A stretch of 64,000 nt of DNA from Podarcis muralis (lineage: Eukaryota). The notes under the pieces are model-generated. The model saw only the letters and a list, made by a program, of their open reading frames with translations, did no database searches and was not told the origin of the DNA. Positions 51,727-62,494 of the stretch are shown here, in pieces. The first letter of the stretch is position 1. The number at the start of each line of letters is the position of its first letter. The stretch is taken from the NCBI RefSeq assembly GCF_964188315.1, contig NC_135667.1, forward strand, positions 20,956,001-21,020,000, in the 5' to 3' direction. The position numbers were made by a program, and so were the translations under genes.

Positions 51727-51840
51727 TTTATTGAAAAAAATAAGTTAAAAATACAAAATATAAACATTTAGAAAAAAATAAATACTTATAAATTAAATAT
51801 TTTAAGATAACCAATTGGTAAATCCATAAATTACAGTAGG
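51727..51840 (-). promoter_or_regulatory. IL27 3' UTR: AU-rich element cluster (about five ATTTA) and AATAAA at 51727-51732
   Basis: taaat occurs repeatedly on the + strand at 51779-51832 in a very A/U-rich stretch just after the stop codon. Confidence 0.7.
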
Positions 51841-51898
51841 GGAGGTGTTGAGGTCTGGATGCCAGGATGCCAGCATCCTCTGACAGCGGATTGGGGAT

Positions 51899-54800
51899 CT
51901 AGGCTGGGAGTGGTGTAGATTTGGAAGCCTTGGAAAAGGAAGTGTCTTTAGCCACCCGAGTCCTCAGCAGCAAGAATTCCCTTGTGACCCGGCACAGGAA
52001 ACTGTTGAGGGAGCGTAAGATGACATATACTTCCTGGCGATTCCTCCACCAACTCCAGTGCTGAAGAATTCGAAGGGGCTTGAGTGTTGGCTCAGGCTCG
52101 TTTTCAATCGGCAGGCCCCAAAGCAAAATCTACAGGGAGAATCAAGGAAAGGTGTTAAAACAGCACAAAAGATAAAGGATGCCTTTGCCCCACCGAGCTG
52201 TGTCCCAAAGGGCAGGAAGACCTACCTGATAACTCACATGATGGTCCAGGTCTCGGAGGGAAAGACTGATGTCTTCAAAGTTAGATAGGAATTTAGAGTC
52301 TTCTTTGGTGGCCTCGTGGTCCCTCAGCTGTTGTGCCAAACCCTGATAAAATGGCAGCATCTTGGACATGTAGGTCAGGCGCTTGGCATCCTGGGAAAAT
52401 GGCAGGATTAGGAATCAAACCAGTCAAAAGCACCCAGGTGCCCTGCCTCTTCCCTCCCTGCCCTTGAGATGTGGAAAGAAACCCTGGCGAAAGCAGGCAG
52501 CTATGGAGTGTCCCAAAGCTCTGCCAAAACTGCTCATCCAAAATACTAATCATTGGTTAAGGCCCAAACTACATGTTAATCTGGGAAATTGATAATGGAT
52601 AGCCTAGTTCAAAACAAATAACAAATTGCAGCCTACAGAAAGAGGAGGCTAATTAATTTGGTCAAGGAGATAACTCAGGGTAAGGGTGTCTAACCTTCTT
52701 CCTAACACCAGTTCCCCAATCTATATTGCCCCCACTCAAGTTGATCAACAACAATAACAACATTATTGATACCCTGACCATCTGACTGAGTTGTCCAGCC
52801 ACTCTGGGCGGCATCCATCATAATATAAAACACAACTAAACATCAAGCAATAAAAACTTCTTGATACAGCGCTGCTTTCAGATGTCTTCAGAAAGCCATA
52901 TAGTTGTTTATTTGTTTGCCCTCTGATGGGAAGGTGTTCCACAGGGTGGGTGCCACTACCAAGAAGGCCCTCTGCCTGGTTCCCTGTAACCTTAGTTTCC
53001 AAGATTCTGTGGGGGAAGCCACGACCGCGAATCTGCCTCCAGGTGACCTCACCTTCAGAGGCAAGGTCAGTGGCTCCTGGAGGGAGAGGGCCTTTTCAAT
53101 GGTGACACCTCAGTGACGGAATTCCCTCTCCTTATCAGCTCACCCAAAGCCAACATTTCATATCTTTTAGGCACCAGGTAGCAAAACATTTTGTTTGCTT
53201 TATGAGGCTTTTGGTGGCATTGAGTAGTTCACAGGGGCTTTTACCTCCTCTTGTAGAGACCGACAATGTTGTTAAACACAATTTATGTTGTTACTTGCTT
53301 TCTATCATCATTTTAAGCCATACTCTGAGGGCATGAAAAGCGGGATAGGAATTTTTCAAATAAATAATTATTCTTACTGGAAGAGAAAGCCATGTGTAGA
53401 GATCAAGGCTGACTGAGGGAAGCTGCCCTGAGCTTCGTACAGAAGTGGGCTGCACTCCAGACAGACGTTCAGAGAGCTGGAAAGAAAGAAAGAAAACACC
53501 AAGACTCTAGGTGGGGTTGCCAACTTTTCAACCAGCTGCTGCAAATGTGCCTTAAGAAATATACCTTACTTGAGATAGAGGAAGGGACAGAAGCAAGTTA
53601 TTCAAATTTATTTATTATGTTAGTTCCACTTTTCCTCCAAATTTGCTGAGAGGTGTAAAAAATTATTCCATTATAATGTTAGCAGGAAATACCAATAATA
53701 AATTTAACTATTGCTCATAAAGTTTCTAATTTTATACTGTGCCTTCATAGATCACAGATTGATTACTGTTTGATCCCATCAGCAATAACTAAGGACACAG
53801 AATTTTCCAAGTTTTCAGTTTTCCACTACTATTCTTGTGTCAGAACCTTCCGATATCCCCATCAACCATTGCATGATTAACAGGATAAACAGTGAAAGGG
53901 AAAAGAACTAATGAACTAAGAAGCTGTTAGCTTTCCCTTCCAGAAACCAGCCAGATCCTATCTCAAGGCCCGTCACACTGTGTGTGCAGAGGAGTTAGAA
54001 AGACGAGTAGACTTACGAAGCGACGTGAAATATTCTGTATTTTGCAGAGAAGTTGCCGGGAGTGTCTTAAGCTAATGCCAAATTCTTTCTGCAGCGTCAG
54101 CCGCCACTGTGGGATGAGACTGGAACCATTCTCTTCCTGAAGTCCAGCCGTGGTGGCAGCAATGAAAAGGTCAACATTGAGGACAGCTTGGAGAAGGAGT
54201 GTTGCACCTAGACAGTTGTGGGGAGAAGGGAAAGGTGGTGCCATTACATGGGAAAGGCAGCAAATTTGTTGAGCTGGATACCTGTTGATCTTGGGACAAG
54301 AATTCAGAGCTAGGGTTGTGGTGGGATAAGCCTCAGTTTGTCCATAGGGAGCAATGGGTGGTACCATCAGGGTACAACTTTGAGGCAGATATCTGTGGGA
54401 ATGTTCAGGGATGCAGGAGAGGATATATTGTCTGATTATATCCTTATCCAACTTGTGCTAACAAGTTCCCAATTTCTGCAGAGTAAAACATTCCCCTTTA
54501 AGTTTGCAACGACAGCGTTTGCTCAGGCTCGCTAAAGCCTCTATAAAACTACTCTGGTAATTTCCCCGTATTCCCTCTTAAAATAGAAGACACGACACAA
54601 TCCTTTACAAAAGTATAAAAAGAGTTTACTTACATTCTGTTCACAATCAGATCCCAGAAGGCAGACTTAAGCTTAGTGAAGTAATATACATTTGGAGTCT
54701 ATCTCTTAAGAAGATAGTCCCTTTGTCCTTTCTTGGCTGGGAGCCAAGAGGACATCTTGCACTCAGGAGATGTTGTTCCTTTGATGCATGTGGTGAAAGA

Positions 54801-55287
54801 GAGAGAGATGGCTGCCCTGTCCTGTGGTTTTATCATTACCTGCACAGGTGAGGCCACACCCACCTCTAGTCATATGTGGAGGAAGTCTGTCCCAGCCCAG
54901 AGGGAAACAGGAAGTTTACCTGCTGGCTGGACAAACATCCCTCCCCATGTCTAAACATGTACACTCTAGGAATGTTGTACTTGACTGCTCTTGTGTTTCA
55001 TATCCCACAATATCTAGAGCCACTTTGGCAAAATGAGCAGGAAAGTCTACAAATGCAGTGCGGCTTACCATGTTTTGAATACACAGCAGTACCATCGAAA
55101 GAGTCCTGCCCCACTCAACCATTCAACCCAGAGTCAAAAATTACCCAACAGCACCACTGATTAAAACAACACCATTTTGGCTCCTACAATTCCTGTCACA
55201 GGACCTTAGCAAACACACATGCTCCCAAATTTGGTTTGCAGGCCTGTCACACAGCGTGACCTCACCATCTGGAGAGGGGAAACCCAT
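51899..55287 (-). CDS. IL27: Interleukin-27 subunit alpha (p28), ~235 aa; exons 55266-55287 (tentative), 54017-54207, 53378-53476, 52226-52390, 51899-52129
   Basis: Four well-supported GT-AG exons encode a signal peptide (ATLLLQAVLNVDLFIAATTA), helix A LQKEFGISLRHSRQLL (human LRREFTVSLHLARKLL), LSERLSGVQ...QLPSVSLDLYTWLSLP (human AESHLPGVN...QLPDVSLTFQAWRRLS, same 99-nt exon), LRDLDHHVSYQ and helix D YVILRSLNSFLCRVTREFLLL. Syntenic position is directly after APOBR. Confidence 0.88.
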
Positions 55288-56611
55288 CTGAGGGGAATTT
55301 CGCTGGCCACTTTGAGGTTTTTTCAGTAGATTTGGAGGTTATGTTTACCAGTAAGGGAAAGCATGGAATGGCGAGCCATTGATCCCTCAGACCTAAACAA
55401 CCTCAGAGATTTGTTTTCAAGTCAAAATAGAACAACGTCCCAGGCTCCTTTAGAGTACAGGTGGGGAACCTTTGGCCAATGGTCAGAGATGATGGAGTTG
55501 TAGTCCAGCAAGATCTGAGGGGCCACAGAATTCCCAAACCTGGACTACAGTGTATTGAATCCATCAACAAAGGTGTCTAGAAGTGGTCCAGGGCATGTTG
55601 GTACTTAAAGTAGAAAATCCAAATGCCTGGGGTGGCCAATAATGCATTGCCAAAAATAAAGGGGTGAAAGGTGACACCAATTTGCTTAACATTTGCATAT
55701 GGTAATTTATATGTATTCAGAGGCTGAACCGGAGGAATCCCAGCCTGCACAGGAGTCCCCGCCTCCAGGGCCGGCTGAACTGGGGCATGGCCTTGATTCT
55801 GAAGCGCCTGCACCTGTGCCGGATCCTCAGGAGTAGGCACCAGGTGAATCCACTCTGGCTCCGGAGGTGGTTGAGGACTCTGTGCCTACAGGTGAGTCTC
55901 CCCCTGGGTCCAGTAACCCTTCAGCCTCTCCTGAACTGCAGAGGCTCAGGGCAGAGAGGCGGAGGGAACTGGTTTCTCCCAGGAGGAGTGCTCGCCTTAA
56001 GGCAAGGAGAGGCAGGTCTCCTGGGGGCCGGGACCGCCCCTGGCCTCAGAGAAGATAAAGGCCAGTCAGCCCGGTCCCAGGCTGCAGGAGCAACGTCGTT
56101 GAAGAGCTGTTTCGGCCAGTACCCAGTCCGGTTCCCCCAGAGTTCCTGTCCTTGCCAGGCTCCTCGCTGTGGACCCTGCTTCGCCCGTGGAGGACTGTCT
56201 GCCGACCCTCGACTCAGGTCCTGGACCTCGCCCCACGGTAACCTCCCCCCTGGACCAGCACAAATACCTTCAAACAGAGGACTGTGAAGTAGGACACACA
56301 TGGCTATCCTACAAATAGCCCTCCCCTCATCCCTTAGAGCAGTAGTTCTTAAACTTTTTTGAGGAACCCTCCTTACTTCCATAAACTCCTCCCCACTGCC
56401 CCCTACCCTATAAAAAGCATTATTCAAAATAGTGCTTTGCTTGGCCCACTAAGGAAGATCATAACACAATAAAATTCAGAACGGTAACAAACAATTACAC
56501 ATTTATTCAAAATCCAGTTAGAACTATTTCATGTAATTAATTCAACAAAACTGATGAGCTTGATCCAGTGATACCAGCTTTTCAAAGCTTCACAGTCAGT
56601 TACACCTCCAG

Positions 56612-56980
56612 CAAGGTAACGGTAATGGTAAAGGACCCCTGGATGGTTAAATCCAGTCAAAGGCGACAATGGGGTTGTGGCGCTTATCTTGCTTTCAGGC
56701 TGAGGGAGCCAGCGTTTGTCCTAAGACAGCTTTCAGGGTCATGTGGCCAGCATGACCAAACCCCTTTTGGTGCAACGGGGCACCGTGATGGGTGCCAGAG
56801 CACATGAAAATGCCATTTACCCTCCTGCCACAATGGTACTTGTTTATCTACTTGCATTGGTATGCTTTTGAACGGCTAGGTTGGCAAGAGCTGGGACAGA
56901 GCAATGGGAGCTCACCACGTTGCACAGATTTGACCCAAAAGGGTCAGTGGTTTAGGCCACAGTGCCACCTGCTCCCTTCA
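56612..56980 (-). mobile_element. Older Sauria-type SINE
   Basis: Diverged reverse-complement match to the other Sauria copies (ggtaaaggacccctg…ctaggttggcaag…gccacagtgccacc). Confidence 0.8.
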
Positions 56981-58813
56981 CACCTCCAGCATCCCCCTGC
57001 TGTCCCCTTGTCTCTTAGCACCCCAGATAATACTATCCACTTTAGGAACCTCTGTTCCACAGTAAAATATAAGCCGTTTGTTTTGTTATGACTGCTTATG
57101 CCCCCTTCCCTCTCTGCCATGAAACTTGAGAATTGATATTCATGAACACCTCTCCAGCAGTTTCGCACCCAAAGGGGAGCCAAACTCAAATTTGCTTAAG
57201 ACGGCCACACACTAGCCATTTAAAGCACATTAGTGCTGCTTTAAGAGTCATGGCTTCCCCCAAGAATCTTGAGAACTGTAATTTACCCTTCACAGAGCTA
57301 TAGTGGCCAGAATCCTTAACAAACTACAGTTCCCCAAGATTCTTTGGAGAATACATGATAGTCGAAGTGGTACGAAACTGCTTTAAAGGCATGGTGCGGC
57401 TGGGACCCACATCCAAGTTACATAGCCATTTGCCTTCAGGCTCCAAGGCAAAGGGTCTCAAAGTGGAGGCTTCTCCGTTAGTAGTACTATAAAACCTGCC
57501 ACCTGAGCTGCTTTGCCTCACCCTAGCTAATGGTAGAGCCGGCCCTGGCAAGCCTCTTTCTGCCATTGACAGCCAGCCTCCGTGTCTCATCCCTTGCCTG
57601 CAGTACACAGTGCCCCAATAAACCTCACCCTGGACTATCTTCAGGACCGAAGCGAGGAAACGCTAGAAATGTAAAGATCACAAATAATTTCTCATTTCTT
57701 ACCACACAGACGCATCTTGAGAATCTCTGATTAGTGGGGTATCTGCTTGTCTGTCCAAGAAGGCAATGTTTGATCCTACAGCCCATCTTGGGGGCCTTTT
57801 TATGTCCACCGGCTTTCATTTTCATTTGGACCTGTAATGTCCAAGATTACAAAGGGTGCTCTTTTCAAAGAGGCGAAACAATCTGATTTCTGGAACTGCG
57901 TCTTTCACCTCTACTGTAGTTTCTCTCTGCTGTAGTTTCGGGGGGAGGGAGTAGCAAGGGATTGGAGCGGCCAGGGTGCTTGCTCAGCTTCCTCTTTTCT
58001 TGGGGGGGGGGGGAGAAACCGCTTGAAAAGAGGATTTCTTCAGCTGACCATGTGACACAGGATGCCCTCTCATCTTGGGGAACCCTCTCATTCAGCCTGG
58101 GGCTTTTCCAATGCTACCAACGTACTCAATTTCTGGTCTCTGTTGATGTTTCTCACCCTCCTCCCAGCAAAATCCAAGCAGAGAACACTATTAAAAATCG
58201 CCTCATCATAAATTACACCGCAGTATTTGGAATAAGGGAATAGAAAGTCATCCCCAAATGCTAGCTCTGCATGTTACACTGAATACGCTGCCCCTCATTG
58301 GCAAACCTTTGCCCATCTCTGTTTGACAAAGGTCTGCCTTAGTATTGCACATTTCACTGTTGTCAGGGAGTTTACTATACAGGTGACTCTCCGCTTATGT
58401 GGGGGTTATGGTTCCAGGGATAGCACCTGGACAACCATTTTGCGTGAGACAATAAGGCGACAACATTCCCCCTATCATTGGCCTCCTGCTCCTATCCAGT
58501 AACCAAGCAGCCACCTCCTTCTCCTTGGTCTTCCAGGAACAAGAGTGAGGCAGGGCACAGGAGTGGCTTCAAGATGGCTGCTTGACAGCGAGGTCAGCCA
58601 TTGGTACATGTACCCAGTGCTGTCTACTCTGACTAATAAGAGTTCTGCTTGATCAGACCAAAGGCCTAACTTCTTTTCCCACAGTGGCTAATCAGATCAC
58701 TAGCAGGACGTGTGTGCAATAGCCCTCTGTCAATTGCATTTTGGAGGCATGGTATTGATAATGGAGGTAATTACTATTATTGTTGCTATTTTGATTTATT
58801 ACCCACCCATCAC

Positions 58814-59188
58814 TAGGGCTGGGTGATATATCGATATATTGACCAAAACCAGTTTGAAGTCTGTATCATGATATTGGTTTCATAATTTTTTACCTGGCAA
58901 TATATAGCAAATCATAATGTGTGCTAAAGCTGGGCCACATATCATTCAAAACCAGTTTGAAGTCCATGTCGTGATATCGGTTTCATAATTTTTTTGACCT
59001 GGCAATACATTACGAATCATGGTGTGCCCGTGTGCTATGCAAAAATCCCAATGCGGGAAAAACTGTAAAGCCAACCAATGCCTCTACATAGCTCCATCCT
59101 TATTTCAGAAATCATTATATATCAGTATATTGCGATGTTTAGCTGGTGATATATCACAATGTTAAAAACCAGATATCGTCCAGCCCTG
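58814..59188. mobile_element. Probable hAT-type MITE with TIR (T)AGGGCTGGGTGATAT / ATATCGTCCAGCCCT
   Basis: Imperfect inverted termini and an internal direct duplication (aaaaccagtttgaagtc…gatat…ggtttcataatttttt twice); no clean TSD. Confidence 0.55.
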
Positions 59189-59300
59189 TCACCCTAAGGT
59201 TCCAGAGTAGGTTGCAACCAATTGAAATGCGATACTGTGGTACCTCGGGTTAAGAACTTAATTCGTTCTGGAGGTCCATCCTTAACCTGAAACTGTTCTT

Positions 59301-59383
59301 GAGCTTGTTTGGAGGTTCTAGCAGGGGAGCGCAGCTATCGTATACCCTTGACTGAAGAACGGTACACTCCTTCTATCTGGGAT
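59301..59383 (-). pseudogene. RN7SK: 7SK snRNA retropseudogene fragment (approx. nt 155-235 of 7SK); the 5' part probably lies in the assembly gap
   Basis: Reverse complement atcccagatagaaggagtgtaccgttcttcagtcaagggtatacgatagctgcgctcccctgctagaacctccaaacaagctc closely matches vertebrate 7SK (…CATCCCCGATAGAGGAGGACCGGTCTTCGGTCAAGGGTATACGAGTAGCTGCGCTCCCCTGCTAGAACCTCCAAACAAGCTC…, recalled). It is embedded in a MITE. Confidence 0.85.
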
Positions 59384-59587
59384 NNNNNNNNNNNNNNNNN
59401 NNNNNNNNNNNNNNNNNNNNNNNNNNNNNNNNNNNNNNNNNNNNNNNNNNNNNNNNNNNNNNNNNNNNNNNNNNNNNNNNNNNNNNNNNNNNNNNNNNNN
59501 NNNNNNNNNNNNNNNNNNNNNNNNNNNNNNNNNNNNNNNNNNNNNNNNNNNNNNNNNNNNNNNNNNNNNNNNNNNNNNNNNNNNNNN
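59384..59587. other. Assembly gap (204 N)
   Basis: Run of N. Confidence 1.
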
Positions 59588-59753
59588 TGTTCTTAACCTG
59601 AGGTACCACTTTAGCTAATGGGGCCTCCTGCCGCTGCCGCGCGATTTCTGTTCTCATCCTGAAGCAAAGTTCTTAACCCGAGGCACTATTTCTGGGTTAG
59701 TGGAGTCTGTAACCTGAAGCGTCTGTAACATGAAGCGTCTGTAACCCGAGGTA

Positions 59754-60083
59754 AAGGTAAAGGGACCCCTGACCATTAGGTCCAGTCGTGGCCGACTCTG
59801 GGGTTGCGTGCTCATCTCGCTTTATTGGCTGAGGGAGCCGGCGTACAGCTTCCGGGTCATGTGGCCAGCATGACTAAGCCGCTTCTGGTGAACCAGAGCA
59901 GTGCACAGAAATGCCATTTACCTTCCCGCCAGAGTGGTACCTATTTATCTACTTGCACTTTGATGTGCTTTCGAACTGCTAGGTTGGCAAGAGCAGCACC
60001 CCGTCGTGGGGATTTGAACCGCCGACCTTCTGATCGGCAAGTCCTAGGCTCTGTGGTTTAACCCACAACGCCACCCGCGTCCC
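59754..60083 (-). mobile_element. Full-length Sauria-type SINE inserted in a MITE terminal repeat, TSD taacccgaggta
   Basis: TSD at 59742-59753 and 60084-60095; both head and tail are recognisable. Confidence 0.88.
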
Positions 60084-62202
60084 TAACCCGAGGTACCACT
60101 GCATATAACCCGAGGTACCACTGCATTAAAATCAGTTAAAGACAAATTACAATCACAATGATAGGGGTGTGCAAGGCCGGCCTGCCACAAGGCACAGTGA
60201 GAAGGCTGCTTTGGGTGGCACAATCCCATGCAGTGGTACCATGCAACCCAGGTAAGAGAGGCTCAGGCGGGGTGGGTGGGCTTCAGCAGTGAAACAGGGC
60301 AGGCTGCCCCTGAGGGTGGGTGCTAAAAGTATTCATATCAAGGGTCTAATAGCAAAAGACTAGTGGTAATGGATAGCCTTGTCCTTCATGAATTTGTCTA
60401 ATCCGTTTATTAAGTTATCCTCTACATGGGGCTACCTTTGAAGGTGACCCAGAAACTACTACTAATCCAGAATGCGGCAGCCAGACGGGTGAGTGGGAGC
60501 TGCCGCCGAGACCACAGAACACCGGTCTTGAAAGACCTACATTGGTTCCCAGTACGTTTCTGAGCTGACCTTGATGCTGACCTTTAAAGCCCTAAATGGC
60601 CTCAGCCCAGTATACCTGAAGGAGCGTCTCCACCCCCATTGTTCAGCCCAGACACTGAGGTCCAGCGCCGCTTTGCTGGAGAAGTCCCAAAGTTCTGCAA
60701 ATGCATTTACATAAAAGAGTGTTGCAAATGTTGCAAATGCAGAAATCCAAACATTTGCTCACAGACCAAGACTTGGTGTACAAACGTGGGTGTTCTGGCC
60801 ACAACGGAAAGAAGTATGTTCGTTCCATGAGAAAAACAGGGCCAGGAAGTTGACTTATAGGAACTCTGAAGAATCAAAGCACGTCTTCCCTTGTATGCAA
60901 ATTCTATTCTCATTCAGTGTCTCTCTCTCTCCCCATCAGTGTCTAGTTTAGGTGGTTGTGGGGAGAGTATTCAGAAGGCTAGCTACTGAGAGCATTCGGC
61001 CAACTTCTCTAGCAAAATGAAGGCAACTGTACTAGGATTACTTTTAAGGCAGCAAGTGGTTGTAGTCCTGTCCTGGCTCCATTAACTTGCTCCTGTCCAA
61101 ACATCCAGATTCACCACATGGTCCATTTCTGAGCTACTCACTATGTGTGTCTTATTTAAAAACGATAATAAATCTCTGCCATATATCTCACATATTTTGC
61201 ACACATCTCAAGAGGTTCTGTCATTCAGGTTCCAACCCCAGGCACACTTTGGCCATGTACACACTCCAGTTTACTCTGCACCCAATGCACTCCCATCACT
61301 GGTATATGAAGCCGTGTACACACAACGTTAGCCACTATCCACACATATCTTGTCGTTTGTTGAAAAATGCTGCATTTGGATATGTTCAAACGACCTTTGA
61401 TCTGGTTTGAAAATGTAAGCCATGGGAAGACAACTACAGCCCCTCTTTGCCCACTAACGTGGACAGATAGCAGGTGACTTAGAAACAAATTCAACCATAC
61501 TCATGTGTACAACAGCATGCATATGTGATTCAAAACACAGCAAAATCCAACGACCTTGCTGCACTTTAAGCCAGGAATGTGAACACAGCCCTGGTTGGCA
61601 GTAAGCCTAGAGATGGATGAATCAGTCTGTTCCCAGTCTATGTCTGTTCTCTCCTGACTCTGCAATAATCTGAAAATCTGATTCAATATTAATCACCAAA
61701 ATCACATTTAAATATATATAAATGTGTCTTTAAATACATATTTTGTGGCAATGTGCACATTTCTAAAAAGAAAAAGAAAAAGTTTATCCTATAAGCATTT
61801 TTAATACATGTTGGTACTTTTTTGAAATGTGCAGTAAAACACAAATTTTAAAGGATAACTATATTTCAATCTACATATGAGTCTGGTAAGTGTGGATCAG
61901 GCAAATTTCACATCAAATTAACAGCAGCTAGAGGCACCAGGTGGCCCCCAAGATTGGGGAGGCTCCCAGTGTGCATTGCATACATATGTCATCACACACG
62001 CAGAACATGACATCACACACATCCCCCGATGCAATAGTAGCCCCAACTACAATAGTACCCCCAACTACACCTCTTGTAGCAGCTGGCTGAGAACCAGTCT
62101 CCATGTGACAATAAATGTGTCACTTGAATTTACATTTGTATTTTACAGCTGCTACCAGGGGTAGAGTGGGATAGTTTTCAATCAGGGTGGGAAAGTTTAT
62201 GC

Positions 62203-62494
62203 CATGGGTAGGCAACTAAGGCCCAGGGGCCGGGGCCTGCCCAATCACCTTCTAAATCTGTCTAAATGAGTAGAATGTGTCCTTTTATTTAAAATGCATC
62301 TCTGGGTTATTTGTGGGGCCTGCCTGGTGTTTTTACATTAATAGAATGTGTGCTTTTATTTAAAATGCATCTCTGGGTTATTTGTGGGGCATAGGAATTC
62401 GTTCTTTTCTTTTTTCAAAATATAGTCTGCCCCCCACCCCAAGCTCTGAGGGACAGTAGACCAGCCCCCTGCTGAAAAAGTTTGCTGACCCCTG
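62203..62494. mobile_element. hAT-type MITE (family of 19842-20081), perfect TSD gtttatgc
   Basis: TSD at 62195-62202 and 62495-62502. Confidence 0.85.

Larger units (their letters stand above)
59235..60101. mobile_element. Same Tc1/mariner MITE in opposite orientation, interrupted by the 7SK copy/gap and a Sauria SINE
   Basis: MITE segments at 59235-59300, 59588-59753 and 60084-60101. Confidence 0.8.

Noticed and set aside
55068-55095. IL27 exon 1 candidate MVLLCIQNM|GTAAGC
   Set aside because: Phase 0, incompatible with the phase-1 acceptor of exon 2.
55787-56427. 166/168-aa overlapping ORFs
   Set aside because: Chance open frames in a GC-rich repeat-like block.
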